The notes under the pieces were generated by a model. That model made no database searches, was not told the origin of the DNA, and was given only the letters and a program-made list of their open reading frames with translations. Below are positions 1 through 10,186 of a stretch of 64,000 nt of DNA, one piece after another. The DNA is taken from assembly GCA_963848135.1 (NCBI GenBank), contig CAWKCK010000009.1, positions 62,001-126,000 of the forward strand. The letters are read 5' to 3'. Position 1 is the first letter of the stretch, and every line of letters begins with the position of its first letter. The translations under genes and the position numbers were made by a program. The DNA comes from an uncultured delta proteobacterium (GTDB lineage: Bacteria > Desulfobacterota > Desulfobacteria > Desulfobacterales > SG8-13).

Positions 1-126
1 GGGGGCGATTTCGTGGGTGATATCAATAATGGTGGCCTGTGGATTAATCGAGAGGATCACGCCTTTCATAATGGCCACATAGGCATCCTGGTTGCCAAAG
101 TCTGTCAATAAGGTGATGACCGACAT
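1..126 (-). CDS. SAM hydroxide adenosyltransferase / SAM-dependent chlorinase-fluorinase family protein (DUF62), N-terminal part only; runs off the window start
   Basis: Not in the ORF track. Manual translation from ATG at 126 gives [42 protein letters not shown], the [15 protein letters not shown] / DITH signature of this family. Confidence 0.85.
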   Translation of the reverse strand, partial: MSVITLLTDFGNQDAYVAIMKGVILSINPQATIIDITHEIAP

Positions 127-141
127 TATGAGACCTAAAAT

Positions 142-195
142 TTCAATGACCTCCGGAAAGTCGGAGGTATTGTTTGTGGACCGCTCAAAGCGGTC
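142..195. repeat. Double-hairpin element resembling an IS200/IS605-family end; related inverted copy at 30496-30548
   Basis: Hairpins acctccg-gaaagt-cggaggt (149-168) and gaccgct-caa-agcggtc (179-195), preceded by ttcaatga. The same layout occurs on the minus strand at 30496-30548. Confidence 0.5.
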
Positions 196-246
196 TTATT
201 AATCCATTCATTCGGGCAATCGGCCGCGGTCATTGAATGATGATTT

Positions 247-1293
247 TTAGAACAACTTCTTTTGTGTTTTGAAGCCCAGGTGATGGTAGGCCGATTCGGT
301 TGCTTTTCTTCCGGATGATGTGCGCGTAATAAATCCCGCCTTTAGCAGATAGGGTTCGACAACATCCACCAACGTATCGGTTTCTTCCTGAAGTGTTGCC
401 GCAATGGCTTCGATTCCAACCGGCCCACCGTTGTAAAATTCTATAATGGTTGTTATGAATCGTCGATCGAGATCTGTTAATCCTCTTTTATCTACACCTT
501 CCAGGGCCAAGGCGGATTCCACCGTACCCCGTTTTATGGCACCGTCTTCCCGCACTTGAGCATAGTCTCTGACACGTTTGAGAAGTCGATTGACGATCCG
601 CGGCGTTCCGCGTGAACGCTGCGCCAGTTCGGTTGCGCCGGAATCATCCAGGCGGACTTGGAGCAAGGCTGAAGAACGCAGTGAAATTCGAACCAATTCG
701 GCAACGGTATAAAATTCGAGGTTGCGTAAAATGCCGAATCGATCCCGCAGTGGTGAAGAGAGCAACCCAATCCGTGTCGTCGCGCCGATGAGGCTGAAGC
801 GTTTGAGGCGAAACCTGTGACTTCTGGCATGGACGCCTTTGTCAAAAACGAAATCGATCGCGAAATCTTCCATTGCCGGGTAAAGCAATTCTTCTACAAC
901 GCGCGGGATCCGGTGGACTTCATCAACAAACAGCACATCGCCTTCTTCGAGATGTGTGAGAATACCAATAAGGTCGCCACCTTTTTCCAAGGCCGGCCCG
1001 GAAGTTACTGTCAGGTTGCCTCCCATCTCATTGGCAATGATGTGGGCCAGGGTGGTTTTGCCCAAACCGGGTGGGCCGTGAAAGAGAATATGGTCGATAG
1101 GCTCGTTTCGCAATTTAGCGGCCTCAACCGCGATCTTAAGTGTTTCTACGATTTCTTTTTGCCCCACATAGTCGGTGAAACAGTTGGGACGCAAAGAAAG
1201 GATGTTCGAGTCATAATCGACCGGTAGGCACTCTCCGGATACGAGTTCTCGATCTGCGGAAGAATATTTAATCACATCATCAGACATGGTCAT
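247..1293 (-). CDS. ruvB: Holliday junction branch migration helicase RuvB
   Basis: LRP start motif, Walker [26 protein letters not shown]. The ORF opens at 1338 (GTG); ATG at 1293 or 1287 is more likely. Confidence 0.97.
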   Translation of the reverse strand: MTMSDDVIKYSSADRELVSGECLPVDYDSNILSLRPNCFTDYVGQKEIVETLKIAVEAAKLRNEPIDHILFHGPPGLGKTTLAHIIANEMGGNLTVTSGPALEKGGDLIGILTHLEEGDVLFVDEVHRIPRVVEELLYPAMEDFAIDFVFDKGVHARSHRFRLKRFSLIGATTRIGLLSSPLRDRFGILRNLEFYTVAELVRISLRSSALLQVRLDDSGATELAQRSRGTPRIVNRLLKRVRDYAQVREDGAIKRGTVESALALEGVDKRGLTDLDRRFITTIIEFYNGGPVGIEAIAATLQEETDTLVDVVEPYLLKAGFITRTSSGRKATESAYHHLGFKTQKKLF

Positions 1294-1565
1294 CCCGATA
1301 TCTTTGGTCTCTAATACGGATATATCACCAGAAGTCACCTCAATGAGATTCTTAGCCCCATCCGCCGGAGGCGGACCAGTCTTCCAAAGACGGACAAGTC
1401 TCAGCCTTGGTTCCTCGTTTCACGTCCTCGACATCCTTCAGGATGCGGGCTGCGACCCTTAGAGAAGGATCGATCAGGCGGGAAGTCCCTCACGGCGGGG
1501 AATCTCGGATCCGCCTTGATCCTGGTTCAACATCCTAATTTATGGTATCTTTTGGGCTCTCAGGG

Positions 1566-2177
1566 TCACGATTCTCCGCGGTAGACTTCTTCGAACAGCT
1601 CTTCAGGTGTCTTCAGCGAAGGATTTCGTTCCAAGGCCTCTTTAACCATCCGCCGGGCATTCGATATTTTGTGCCCGAGCTGTGAAACCAAAACATCAAT
1701 GACCGCGTCGAAAGTTTCTTCGGAGATTGACGGCGGTCTTTTTACGGACTTGACCGGCAGGGCAAACCGATCCATTTTGCCCGACAGTGTCGCAATGATC
1801 TTTTTAGCCGTTCGTTCGCCAATCCCTTTTAGGTTTTTTAAAGCGGCATGGTCCTTGGTTTCGATGGCTTGGGCGATTTCCCCGACCGGTATTGTCATGG
1901 CTTTGATTGCTTTGAGGGGGCCGATGTCCCCCACGGAAATGAAATGTTGAAAGAAGTCCTTTTCATCTTCGGTATTAAAGCCGATCAATACTGGTTTGGG
2001 TTGTCTTTCCGTCTGTTGGAAATAGACAAATAGAGCCAGCGGATCCCCGATGCTGTTTGCTTCTAAGTTTTCTAACGCATAGGCCGGTAGGAGAATTTCA
2101 TAGCCGACCTGATTCACCAGAAGCAAAATGCGGTCTTGACCTATTTTCAGCAGATTTCCTTCAAGATAACCGATCAT
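1566..2177 (-). CDS. ruvA: Holliday junction DNA-binding protein RuvA
   Basis: MIGYLEG..VNQVGYEI OB fold, helix-hairpin-helix motifs IGPLKA and GIGERTAKKI; lies between ruvC and ruvB. Confidence 0.95.
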   Translation of the reverse strand: MIGYLEGNLLKIGQDRILLLVNQVGYEILLPAYALENLEANSIGDPLALFVYFQQTERQPKPVLIGFNTEDEKDFFQHFISVGDIGPLKAIKAMTIPVGEIAQAIETKDHAALKNLKGIGERTAKKIIATLSGKMDRFALPVKSVKRPPSISEETFDAVIDVLVSQLGHKISNARRMVKEALERNPSLKTPEELFEEVYRGES

Positions 2178-2426
2178 GATCCCAGACCATCGAATGATTC
2201 GTATGTATTCAAAAGTTGCATTCGGACGGATTCAATACCCCATATCGTTCAAATGGTTGCGTTGCAGGCAGGATCGCTCGGCCCTTTATTTTCTGCGGGG
2301 AGCGTTCGCATTTCATTGATAATGCGGCGCTTATTCATCGGCCGGCACCTCGCGTTCAAACCTGATTCGAGCGATTTAATCCAATTTTCTGTCAGCTGCT
2401 TTTTCTGAAATAGACGTGCATAGTCC

Positions 2427-2903
2427 TCAGCAGCCGTGGCGATAGAGGCCGATCAGAGCGAGGCCAAGGGCGTCGGAGGCATGTAAGGGACGGATCGGGG
2501 ACGGAAGCTTCAGCTGGTGTCGAACCGATTTTTCGAGCTGAATTTTAGACGCGTTCCCGTTGCCGGTCAGAACCTGCTTGGCCTCTCGGACCGGCACTTC
2601 ACGGGCCGTCACGCCGATTTGTTCTGCGGCAAGCAGAATCACTCCTGAAACCTGGCCCAGAACAATCCCGGATTTAGGATATTGCTGGAGTGAAAATATA
2701 TCCTCAATAACCATCAAATCCGGTTTTTCATTCTCTAAAAGCGACGCAATTTTTGTGTAGATTTTTCTCAGCCGACCGGGAAGAGTCATGGTTTTTAAAG
2801 TGTCGACACTGCCGTATGAGAAACCGTCAATGCGGATACCCCTTCCCCGCACAATTCCGATGCCGGTTGAAGACAAGCCGGGATCTATACCGATAATTTT
2901 CAT
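2427..2903 (-). CDS. ruvC: Crossover junction endodeoxyribonuclease RuvC
   Basis: MKIIGIDPGL, IEDIF, TGNGNASK, SDALGLAL catalytic motifs. Confidence 0.96.
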   Translation of the reverse strand: MKIIGIDPGLSSTGIGIVRGRGIRIDGFSYGSVDTLKTMTLPGRLRKIYTKIASLLENEKPDLMVIEDIFSLQQYPKSGIVLGQVSGVILLAAEQIGVTAREVPVREAKQVLTGNGNASKIQLEKSVRHQLKLPSPIRPLHASDALGLALIGLYRHGC

Positions 2904-2973
2904 TCTCCCAGGCACCGCATGTTGGCTTTGGTAGCGGATTCGTCGAAAAGGAGGTAACGCAAGTGCATAACCG

Positions 2974-3822
2974 CTATTTTATCTGGCTCAGTTTTTTAGT
3001 CGCGATCTGAGCCTCGCTTGAATCGGGGTATTTTTTGATCAACTCTTTCAGAATTATTCTGGCATTTGATTTGTCCCCGATGTTTAAAAAGGCATAGCCT
3101 TGTTTTAACAGAGCAGACTTGACCTTGTTTCCGTTCGGGTAGTTCTCAATAACTTTTTGATATTCGACAATGGCTTTTTCGTACCATTTTTCCTGGTAGA
3201 ATATCTCGCCGAGCCAAAATTGGGCATTGTCGGCATTATTGGATTGAGGATAACGCTTGATCATGTCCTGGAAGCCGTTACGGGCAGCGTCCAGATCGCC
3301 GGCATCAAACGCCTGTTTGGCGCGGCTGTACATTTCATGGTCAGAACCACTTGGGCGGTCGGCCTCCGGTGGTGGCATTTGGGGCTGAGTCGGTTTTGCA
3401 GCCACGGGCGCGGTCACCGGTCCCAAATCGAGGTACTTTTCGATGCGGGAGATACGGCTGTCATACTGCGTTATGTTTTCTTGTACCTGCCCGAACTCAG
3501 TCGCTCTGTTTTTACCGCTATCTTCAAGCGTCTTGCGATCCTCCCTGACCAGATGTTCGATTTCTTCGAGTCGACCGTTGAGGGCACCGATCTGCTCCCG
3601 CAGGGATTCGATTTCCACCCTCAGGCTAGCGGATTGGGAGCGAAGATTTTGCTCTTTGGCATCTACAGTCTGGCCGTATTGTTCGATTCGGGATTTCTCC
3701 TGCGCGAGTTGTCCCTCGACGCTTGACAGTCGGTCGTCCAGCACGATAACGTCAGTGCGCCCAGCACAACCTGCAACAATGGCCATACAAAGAATAAAAA
3801 TGCTAATCGGCTGATATTTCAT
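2974..3822 (-). CDS. cpoB: Tol-Pal system protein CpoB/YbgF (coiled coil plus TPR), lipoprotein-type signal
   Basis: Lipobox-like IVAGC, coiled coil, TPR repeats NAQFWLGE / ALLKQG / YPDS; directly downstream of pal. Start moved to ATG 3822. Confidence 0.92.
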   Translation of the reverse strand: MKYQPISIFILCMAIVAGCAGRTDVIVLDDRLSSVEGQLAQEKSRIEQYGQTVDAKEQNLRSQSASLRVEIESLREQIGALNGRLEEIEHLVREDRKTLEDSGKNRATEFGQVQENITQYDSRISRIEKYLDLGPVTAPVAAKPTQPQMPPPEADRPSGSDHEMYSRAKQAFDAGDLDAARNGFQDMIKRYPQSNNADNAQFWLGEIFYQEKWYEKAIVEYQKVIENYPNGNKVKSALLKQGYAFLNIGDKSNARIILKELIKKYPDSSEAQIATKKLSQIK

Positions 3823-3901
3823 GGCGGTCATCCGGTAGATCATAAAGGGTGGTTGGTAAAGGGAATGGCTTACTCGAAAGTATTTTCGAGTGGCAGCATG
3901 C

Positions 3902-3946
3902 AAGAAAGCGGCAAGCGGCTGATGTTAGACCGCTTGCCGCTTTCTT
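3902..3946 (-). terminator. Intrinsic terminator-like hairpin between pal and cpoB
   Basis: Perfect 17-bp inverted repeat aagaaagcggcaagcgg / ccgcttgccgctttctt. Confidence 0.65.
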
Positions 3947-4119
3947 TGAAACTCAGGACCGAATTCTTTCGGCGTGCTTTCCACGAAGCTTTCGGTTGAG
4001 GAAAAAGCCGCCAACGTTAAATTTCACAGGGCAGAATTTCTTCGATCCGTTCTCTATCGAGCATAAGGCACGCCACCGTGGCAGTGGACTGCCATACGGC
4101 GGCATGCCGGCTTAATGAA

Positions 4120-4647
4120 TTAATTGATGACGAACTGATCGCGCCGATTCTTGGCCCAGCAATCTTCGGTTTGCTCCATACAGACCGGGCGTTCTTCACC
4201 GTAGCTGACGGTCGAGATACGGTAGGCTTCAATTCCTAAATCAATCAGGAACGATTTGGCACTATCGGCTCGGCGATCGCCGAGGGCAAGGTTGTATTCA
4301 TTGGTTCCACGTTCGTCGGTGTGACCTTCGATTGTGAAGTAGATGTCCGGATTGGCCTTTAGAAATTCGGCCTTGCTCTTCAGTGTCGCTTGGGCAATAT
4401 CATCCAGAACCGACTTGTCAAAAGCAAAGTAAACGTGCTCGCTCTGGAATTGGTTTTTGGCCGCTTCTAGTGCCCGCTCGGCCGAATCGTCAGCTGGAGC
4501 GGGTGGCGGTGGTGGCGGAGCCGGAGCCGGAGCTGGGGCCGGAGCAGGTTCCTCCTTTTTAATGGTTTTTTTCGCGCATGATACCGTTCCCAGCAAGCCC
4601 GGTAAGACCAGGAACAGTGCCAGAAAAACCCATAATTTCCTTCGCAT
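4120..4647 (-). CDS. pal: Peptidoglycan-associated lipoprotein Pal
   Basis: Lipobox TVSC, Pro/Ala linker, OmpA-like domain IEGHTDERGTNEYNLALGDRRA, SYGEERP. Confidence 0.97.
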   Translation of the reverse strand: MRRKLWVFLALFLVLPGLLGTVSCAKKTIKKEEPAPAPAPAPAPPPPPPAPADDSAERALEAAKNQFQSEHVYFAFDKSVLDDIAQATLKSKAEFLKANPDIYFTIEGHTDERGTNEYNLALGDRRADSAKSFLIDLGIEAYRISTVSYGEERPVCMEQTEDCWAKNRRDQFVIN

Positions 4648-4678
4648 GTTTTTTCCTCCTTTCAGGTTTCAGCAATAC

Positions 4679-6004
4679 TCAATTTGGACTTAAATTCGGC
4701 GACCAACTCGGACTGGATTGATCACCCGGCAAGGTGAGCAATTTCCTTTGATCCGTTCCGAAGGCCGTCATGACGTAAATTCTCGATGGTCCTTCACGTG
4801 TTGAGCTAAAAACGATCAAACTACCATCCGGTGACCAGGAAGGAGATTCGTTGTTGCCGACATCCTGCGTCAGCTGAACCGGTTCCCTTCTCTTCAGATC
4901 AATGACGACGATATTGTTCTGTCCCCCGGTCATGGAAGAATATGCAATTCGATCTCCGGTCGGCGACCAATCCGGCTGGGTGTTATAGTTCCCCTCGAAG
5001 GTCAGACGTTCTTCTCGACCGGAGTTAAAATCCTGAATGTATATTTGCGGTGCCCCGGTTCTATTTGACACGAATGCCATCTTTTTTCCGTCTGGCGACC
5101 AGCTTGGGGATAAATCACTGGCCCAGCTGTTCGTAATCTTTTTAATAATTTTCCCCGCCCCAGTCAACAGATAAATTTCCTGGTTGCCGGAGAAAGAGAG
5201 GGTTGCTGAGAGGGTGAACTGGCCCGGAACCCAGGCCGGCGCGATGTTGATACCCTTCTCGGAAATGACTGCTTTTTCTTTACCATTTGTGCTGCGAATC
5301 AATATATCCGGTTTGTTGTTAACGTAAGACGTATAGGCAATCCATTTGCCATCGGATGACCAGGCAGGGAACATGCTGATGGAGTTGTGACGGGAAAACT
5401 GCACCGGTTTGCTGCCGTCGAATTCACAAAAAAATATTTCTTTGTTGCCGGTTCCATTTGAAACCAAGGCGATTTTACTGTCAAATACGCCACGCTGACC
5501 GGTAAGTTGCATGATAACTTCAGTGCAAAAGCGAAGAATGATTCGCCGCATATCGGAAACGGTACCGTGGTAACGTTTGCCAACGATCCGCTTGCCAGTA
5601 AACGTATCGAAAAGGCGCAGCTCAAGGTCGATAAGTGAACCATTTTGGGACAAGCCGCCCGTCACTAACAATTCGGCCCCGACGGTGGTCCAATTCTTAA
5701 AATTGATTTGATCGGCGGTTAAAATGGGATTTCCGGGCTCCAGAAGAAATCCTTTCGGGTCCAGCATATTGAAATAACCGGTAAAGTCGAGTGCGCTTGT
5801 GAGGATTTCAGTCGCCTGTTTGAGGGGTGGCGCATCCGTTCCGGCCTCACTGAGACGGGAAAATTCCGGTATAGCCATTGGAATTTTACGCAGAAAAGGC
5901 TTGTTGATGTCGATGTATTCGTATTGACCGAACGCGGTTGCCGGTAAGAGAATAACGATGAGAAGTAAGGTCACCTTTACCAGGTTGAAAACCGATCTGA
6001 GCAT
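4679..6004 (-). CDS. tolB: Tol-Pal beta-propeller protein TolB
   Basis: Signal peptide, TolB N-domain, repeated PD40 motifs (P.WSPDG). Confidence 0.96.
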   Translation of the reverse strand: MLRSVFNLVKVTLLLIVILLPATAFGQYEYIDINKPFLRKIPMAIPEFSRLSEAGTDAPPLKQATEILTSALDFTGYFNMLDPKGFLLEPGNPILTADQINFKNWTTVGAELLVTGGLSQNGSLIDLELRLFDTFTGKRIVGKRYHGTVSDMRRIILRFCTEVIMQLTGQRGVFDSKIALVSNGTGNKEIFFCEFDGSKPVQFSRHNSISMFPAWSSDGKWIAYTSYVNNKPDILIRSTNGKEKAVISEKGINIAPAWVPGQFTLSATLSFSGNQEIYLLTGAGKIIKKITNSWASDLSPSWSPDGKKMAFVSNRTGAPQIYIQDFNSGREERLTFEGNYNTQPDWSPTGDRIAYSSMTGGQNNIVVIDLKRREPVQLTQDVGNNESPSWSPDGSLIVFSSTREGPSRIYVMTAFGTDQRKLLTLPGDQSSPSWSPNLSPN

Positions 6005-6049
6005 TCTTTTGATTCCTTGAAATGATGACAGTCTATACCGGGTCCAGTA

Positions 6050-6952
6050 TCATTTGATACCGCCCGGTCCGAACCGGAGCCCTACGGTGAAGTGGGATCC
6101 GAACAACCCCTGGGGGAGCGGTGGCAGTGGATTCGATTTCACGATGGCACGATATGCAGACTCATCCAGATGTCTGTTGCCGGATCTCTGATCGAACCAA
6201 ATGTCTGTGATTTCGCCATCAGGCATGATCTTGATACCTATGGCCGCCATAATATCGGTTCTGCCCCCGGCCAGTTGCTCTGAAAATGCCCAGTTTTTTT
6301 GTACTTGATAAGCGATTTCAGCCTGATATATCCGGACGCGATCTCGTTCTTGGGCGGAAGTCAGACCCGATCCACCCGGTCGGCCTGAGGGAGCCCCCAC
6401 GGGGCCGGTTCTACCGGCGCGAGGTTTTTTGTCTTCCCGTTCGACTTCTCGTTTCAGGCGTTTCAGCGTATCTTCCAGCGTCGGTTGGCGCTTTTCCTCT
6501 ACTTCCTTTTCAAGTTTGCTTACCGATTCCTTGACAACCTGCGAAGGCTTGAATGTTTTGTGCTTTAAAGATTCCTTGTTCTTTTTCGATGCCGTCGGCT
6601 TGGGTTCAATCGACACTTTCTCAACAGGTTTTGGTGGTGGTGGCGGTGGTTTTACCGGTTCCGGCTTGGCTTCAATTTTTTCCGGCACAGCTTCCAGCAC
6701 TTCCGGTTTTTCCGGAACAACGGCTTCGACCGGGGCAGTGCCCTGGGCCGGAAGAGAAACGAGGCTGACGTCTACCACCGTCGGTATATATCTTTTCGCC
6801 GGAGCCAAAGCCGGCACCAGGATAATGCCTGCAATAAATATGAGATGGAGAACCGCCGATATCGCTATGAAAGAGATCAGAATGCGGTTTTCCGGCTTTG
6901 TACTGGCTAACCTGTGAGAGGAAGTTTGGGGCGCTTCCTTTTTATTTTTCAT
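6050..6952 (-). CDS. tolA: TolA/TonB-family energy transducer
   Basis: N-terminal TM with S..LH motif, Pro/Lys/Glu-rich spacer, TonB_2-like C-terminus SGNRHLDESAYRAI..PLPP; lies between tolR and tolB. Confidence 0.88.
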   Translation of the reverse strand: MKNKKEAPQTSSHRLASTKPENRILISFIAISAVLHLIFIAGIILVPALAPAKRYIPTVVDVSLVSLPAQGTAPVEAVVPEKPEVLEAVPEKIEAKPEPVKPPPPPPKPVEKVSIEPKPTASKKNKESLKHKTFKPSQVVKESVSKLEKEVEEKRQPTLEDTLKRLKREVEREDKKPRAGRTGPVGAPSGRPGGSGLTSAQERDRVRIYQAEIAYQVQKNWAFSEQLAGGRTDIMAAIGIKIMPDGEITDIWFDQRSGNRHLDESAYRAIVKSNPLPPLPQGLFGSHFTVGLRFGPGGIK

Positions 6953-6960
6953 TGTCGCGG

Positions 6961-7389
6961 TTATTGTTTTTTATTGCTATTTTTCTCTGTCGGCGGAAGG
7001 GTCACCATTCCCAATTTCTCCACCCCAGCCAATTTTATTTCAGACATGATCCGGACAACCGTTCCATAAGAAATATCCTTGTCCGCCTTCAAATAGACCC
7101 GCCGGTCTTCACGACCGTTTAAAATTCTTTTCAGCTTGTCGCCAAGTTCTTCTACAGAGACCGTAACGTCATTTATAAACACCCGTTCCTGGTTATCGAC
7201 CGAGACCATCAGCTGTTCGGTTTCCGAAGGCAATGCCTCGGATGTCGCCTCCGGAAGAGATACGTCGACACCCTGGGTCATCATGGGTGCTGTCACCATG
7301 AAAATGATCAGGAGCACCAGCATGACGTCGACAAAAGGGGTAACGTTGATCTCGGACATGAAATCGTTTCTATTGTCGCCGGATGTCAA
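6961..7389 (-). CDS. tolR: TolR
   Basis: EINVTPFVDVMLVLLIIFMVTAP, KADKDISYG. Confidence 0.95.
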   Translation of the reverse strand: MTSGDNRNDFMSEINVTPFVDVMLVLLIIFMVTAPMMTQGVDVSLPEATSEALPSETEQLMVSVDNQERVFINDVTVSVEELGDKLKRILNGREDRRVYLKADKDISYGTVVRIMSEIKLAGVEKLGMVTLPPTEKNSNKKQ

Positions 7390-8120
7390 CGATTTCTCCT
7401 TTCAATCCGTAAAATATCTCTTTCGACGATATTCAGGAAATCGGCCGAAAAACTCAGCAGTTCGGTTTCAATAACTTTAATTTTCTGGTTGAAATAGTTA
7501 AAGGCGATAACGGCCGGTATCGCCACAGCCAGTCCGGCCGCTGTTGCAACCAATGCCTCTGAAATGCCTGGTGCAACAACGGCAAGATTCGCAGATCCAC
7601 TGAGACCAATACTTCGAAATGAGGTCATGATCCCCCAGACGGTACCGAACAAGCCGATAAACGGGGTCGTGTTACCGGTCGTCGCCAGGAAGGGCACCAT
7701 CTGGGTGAGGCGCGTCATTTCCGTGTTCATCGCCCGCCGCAATGCGCGCTTGATATTGTCAGTGCCTGTGAATTGGGTCCGCAATGATTGTGAATCTCCA
7801 GACTGCGGTGAGCTGCTTCCCGGTGAAATTTCGGTTTGGCTGATTTTTTTGAGTTCCAAATAAGCCATGCGGAATATTCGCGCGATCGGGCTGGAATCCA
7901 ACTGTTTTGCCTTGACGAACGCATTTGACAAATCCCTGCTTTTCCAGAAAAAATCGATAAATTGGGCCGATTCTTTAAAGGCCCGTCCGATGTAGCGGGA
8001 TTTAACGAGAATAATGGCCCAGGAGGTGATCGAAAAAAACAGAAGCAAAACCAATACCAGCTGGACCACCAGACCGGCATGTAAAAAGATGCTAATGATA
8101 TTTAGATCGGAGTGCGTCAT
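7386..8120 (-). CDS. tolQ: TolQ
   Basis: PFIGLFGTVWGIM, VAPGISEALVATAAGLAVAIPA. Confidence 0.96.
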   Translation of the reverse strand: MTHSDLNIISIFLHAGLVVQLVLVLLLFFSITSWAIILVKSRYIGRAFKESAQFIDFFWKSRDLSNAFVKAKQLDSSPIARIFRMAYLELKKISQTEISPGSSSPQSGDSQSLRTQFTGTDNIKRALRRAMNTEMTRLTQMVPFLATTGNTTPFIGLFGTVWGIMTSFRSIGLSGSANLAVVAPGISEALVATAAGLAVAIPAVIAFNYFNQKIKVIETELLSFSADFLNIVERDILRIERRNR

Positions 8121-8915
8121 TGGGAATCTCCGCGGATGTGGGCTGTGGGCGATGAACGAGCAAGCAGTAAATTGTCAGCTTGTGTGAGATCGACGTATCA
8201 ATAAATTTGACCAATCTAAAATGTTATCTTCTAAGTGTCAAGATATTTAAGGGTTTGGGGGGCACCCGTATGTTTCATCTTGGATTCATCAAATGATAAT
8301 TGGCCGACACAAACGGCGGTAAGCAGTACGGGCCCTGTCGTACCCTTTGATTGTATTCTCCTCTTTCGATTGGCTTGAAATTCAACGCAAGAATAATGCC
8401 ATACTTTCGGAAAATTGGTATTATACTGAAAATATTTAATAATTTTGATAACGGTTGATTTACAGGTATAGCCGTTGATTGAAAAAACCTTCATATTTAA
8501 AAAGTTTTTAATAATCTGTGGCGATATTTAGTTTAATTTCAATAGTTTTGGGCGATTGATAAAACCTGCGCTCCCAGGATTCGTTGGCCATGGCATTCAA
8601 TAAGAGAAGGGCATCCGGCATTACCGCAAGGCGATGAATAGGATGAGGCGCGAAGTTTGATGTTTTTCTGGGTTATACGTTTATCAAATTGTTGCCCGCT
8701 GCCCCATTTTATTGTAGTCAATACCCTGTGTATCTCTTTTTCGATGCCGCCAACAAATGTGACACGCTGAGGACCGGTTCCTCATCCTAAAGGAACTGAA
8801 TATTTGAGGCCATATTTGCCAACAATGCATCTGATTCAATCGTTCCCGAGAAAACCAACAGCGCACCTTTGCACTTATTACGAGGCATACATTCTGGAAG
8901 AATTTGGAGATATTA

Positions 8916-9464
8916 ATGAGTAATATCGTCGATTTGCTTTTTCAGGCCAATCTTTTGAAAGACATTCCCCGATCCGGATTTCAATTCCTCGGGGCAGGGA
9001 ATGAATCTGTGGCTGAACATAGCTACAGCACGACCTTTATTGCCTTTATCCTGGCCAACATCGTCCCCGATATCAATGGCAGCCGGTTGATCAGCATGTG
9101 CCTCGTGCACGATTTGAACGAGGCCCGAATCGGCGATCTGAATACGGTTCACAAAGACTATGTTCGTGCAGATGCTGACAAGGCTCTCCGGGATACGGTT
9201 GCAGGGGTACCTTTTGGTGCCGTACTGGAAGAACTTATCCGTGAATTCGAGGCCAATCAGACCACGGAGGCCAAACTCGCCCGAGACGCAGACCAGCTGG
9301 CCCTGATCATTGACCTCAAAGCGCTGGCCGACATCGGATACAAACCACCGGAAAAATGGCTTCCACCGATAATCGGCCGACTTCAAACGGACGCGGCCCG
9401 AACACTGGCGGATGATATCCTGAAAACACCCTATGACAATTGGTGGTTGAAAAAAATGGGTTGA
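8916..9464 (+). CDS. HD-domain phosphohydrolase (YfbR/5'-deoxynucleotidase-like)
   Basis: R.G..ESVAEHS, LVHDLNEARIGD, DADQL. ATG 8916 follows a ggag SD. Confidence 0.88.
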   Translation: MSNIVDLLFQANLLKDIPRSGFQFLGAGNESVAEHSYSTTFIAFILANIVPDINGSRLISMCLVHDLNEARIGDLNTVHKDYVRADADKALRDTVAGVPFGAVLEELIREFEANQTTEAKLARDADQLALIIDLKALADIGYKPPEKWLPPIIGRLQTDAARTLADDILKTPYDNWWLKKMG

Positions 9465-9536
9465 CAGAAACAAGGGTAGCCTTTAAACAAATTCCTTTGT
9501 CCAAATGCAGAAAGAAAGATTGAAATGGAGGAGTGC

Positions 9537-10175
9537 ATGAACTGGTTTGCACAGACATTTACGTCTTCGATTGGCAAGAAATGGATGATGGCTGTCACAG
9601 GCCTCGGATTTTGCGCCTTTTTGACAACCCATCTTGCCGGTAACCTTTTTATTTATGGTGGCAGAGACGCTTTCAATGCCTACGCCGAGCATCTTCACAG
9701 CCTCGGTCCATTGGTTACGGTGTCAGAATTGGGTCTGCTTGTTTTTGCTATCCTGCATGTTGCCATCGGTCTGGTTCTCTTTTATCAGAATTTCGCATCG
9801 CGACCTGAGCGCTATGCCGTTAAAAAAACCGGCGGTGGCCGTACGATCGGCTCCCGGACCATGCCGTATACCGGCTTGATTATCCTGGCATTCGTCGTTT
9901 TCCACCTAATCAACTTTCACTTCGTCGACAAATCCGGTACCACAATCTATGACATCCTCGCTCAGGCCTTCGCCAGTCCTGTCTATGTTCTGCTGTATGT
10001 CCTGGCAATGGTTGTTACGGCCTTTCATGTCAGCCACGGCTTCTGGAGCGCTTTTCAGACGGTCGGTGTCAATCATCCGAAGTATATGCCGCTTATCATG
10101 GGAGCCAGTATCGCCTTCAGCTTGGTTGTCGGGCTGGGCTTCGGGTTTCTGCCAATCTACCTGGCCATCGTCTAA
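9537..10175 (+). CDS. sdhC: Succinate dehydrogenase/fumarate reductase cytochrome b subunit
   Basis: [32 protein letters not shown] heme ligands; ggaggag SD before ATG 9537. Confidence 0.93.
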   Translation: MNWFAQTFTSSIGKKWMMAVTGLGFCAFLTTHLAGNLFIYGGRDAFNAYAEHLHSLGPLVTVSELGLLVFAILHVAIGLVLFYQNFASRPERYAVKKTGGGRTIGSRTMPYTGLIILAFVVFHLINFHFVDKSGTTIYDILAQAFASPVYVLLYVLAMVVTAFHVSHGFWSAFQTVGVNHPKYMPLIMGASIAFSLVVGLGFGFLPIYLAIV

Positions 10176-10186
10176 GGAGGTTTTGC

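Noticed and set aside
1..126. Fluorinase/chlorinase acting on the island product
   Set aside because: Only 42 codons are visible, it is 26 kb away behind ruvB, and most family members are SAM hydrolases.
4495..4550. Tandem ccggag-type repeats in pal, and the Pro run in tolA
   Set aside because: These are ordinary Pro/Ala linker coding, not contingency repeats.
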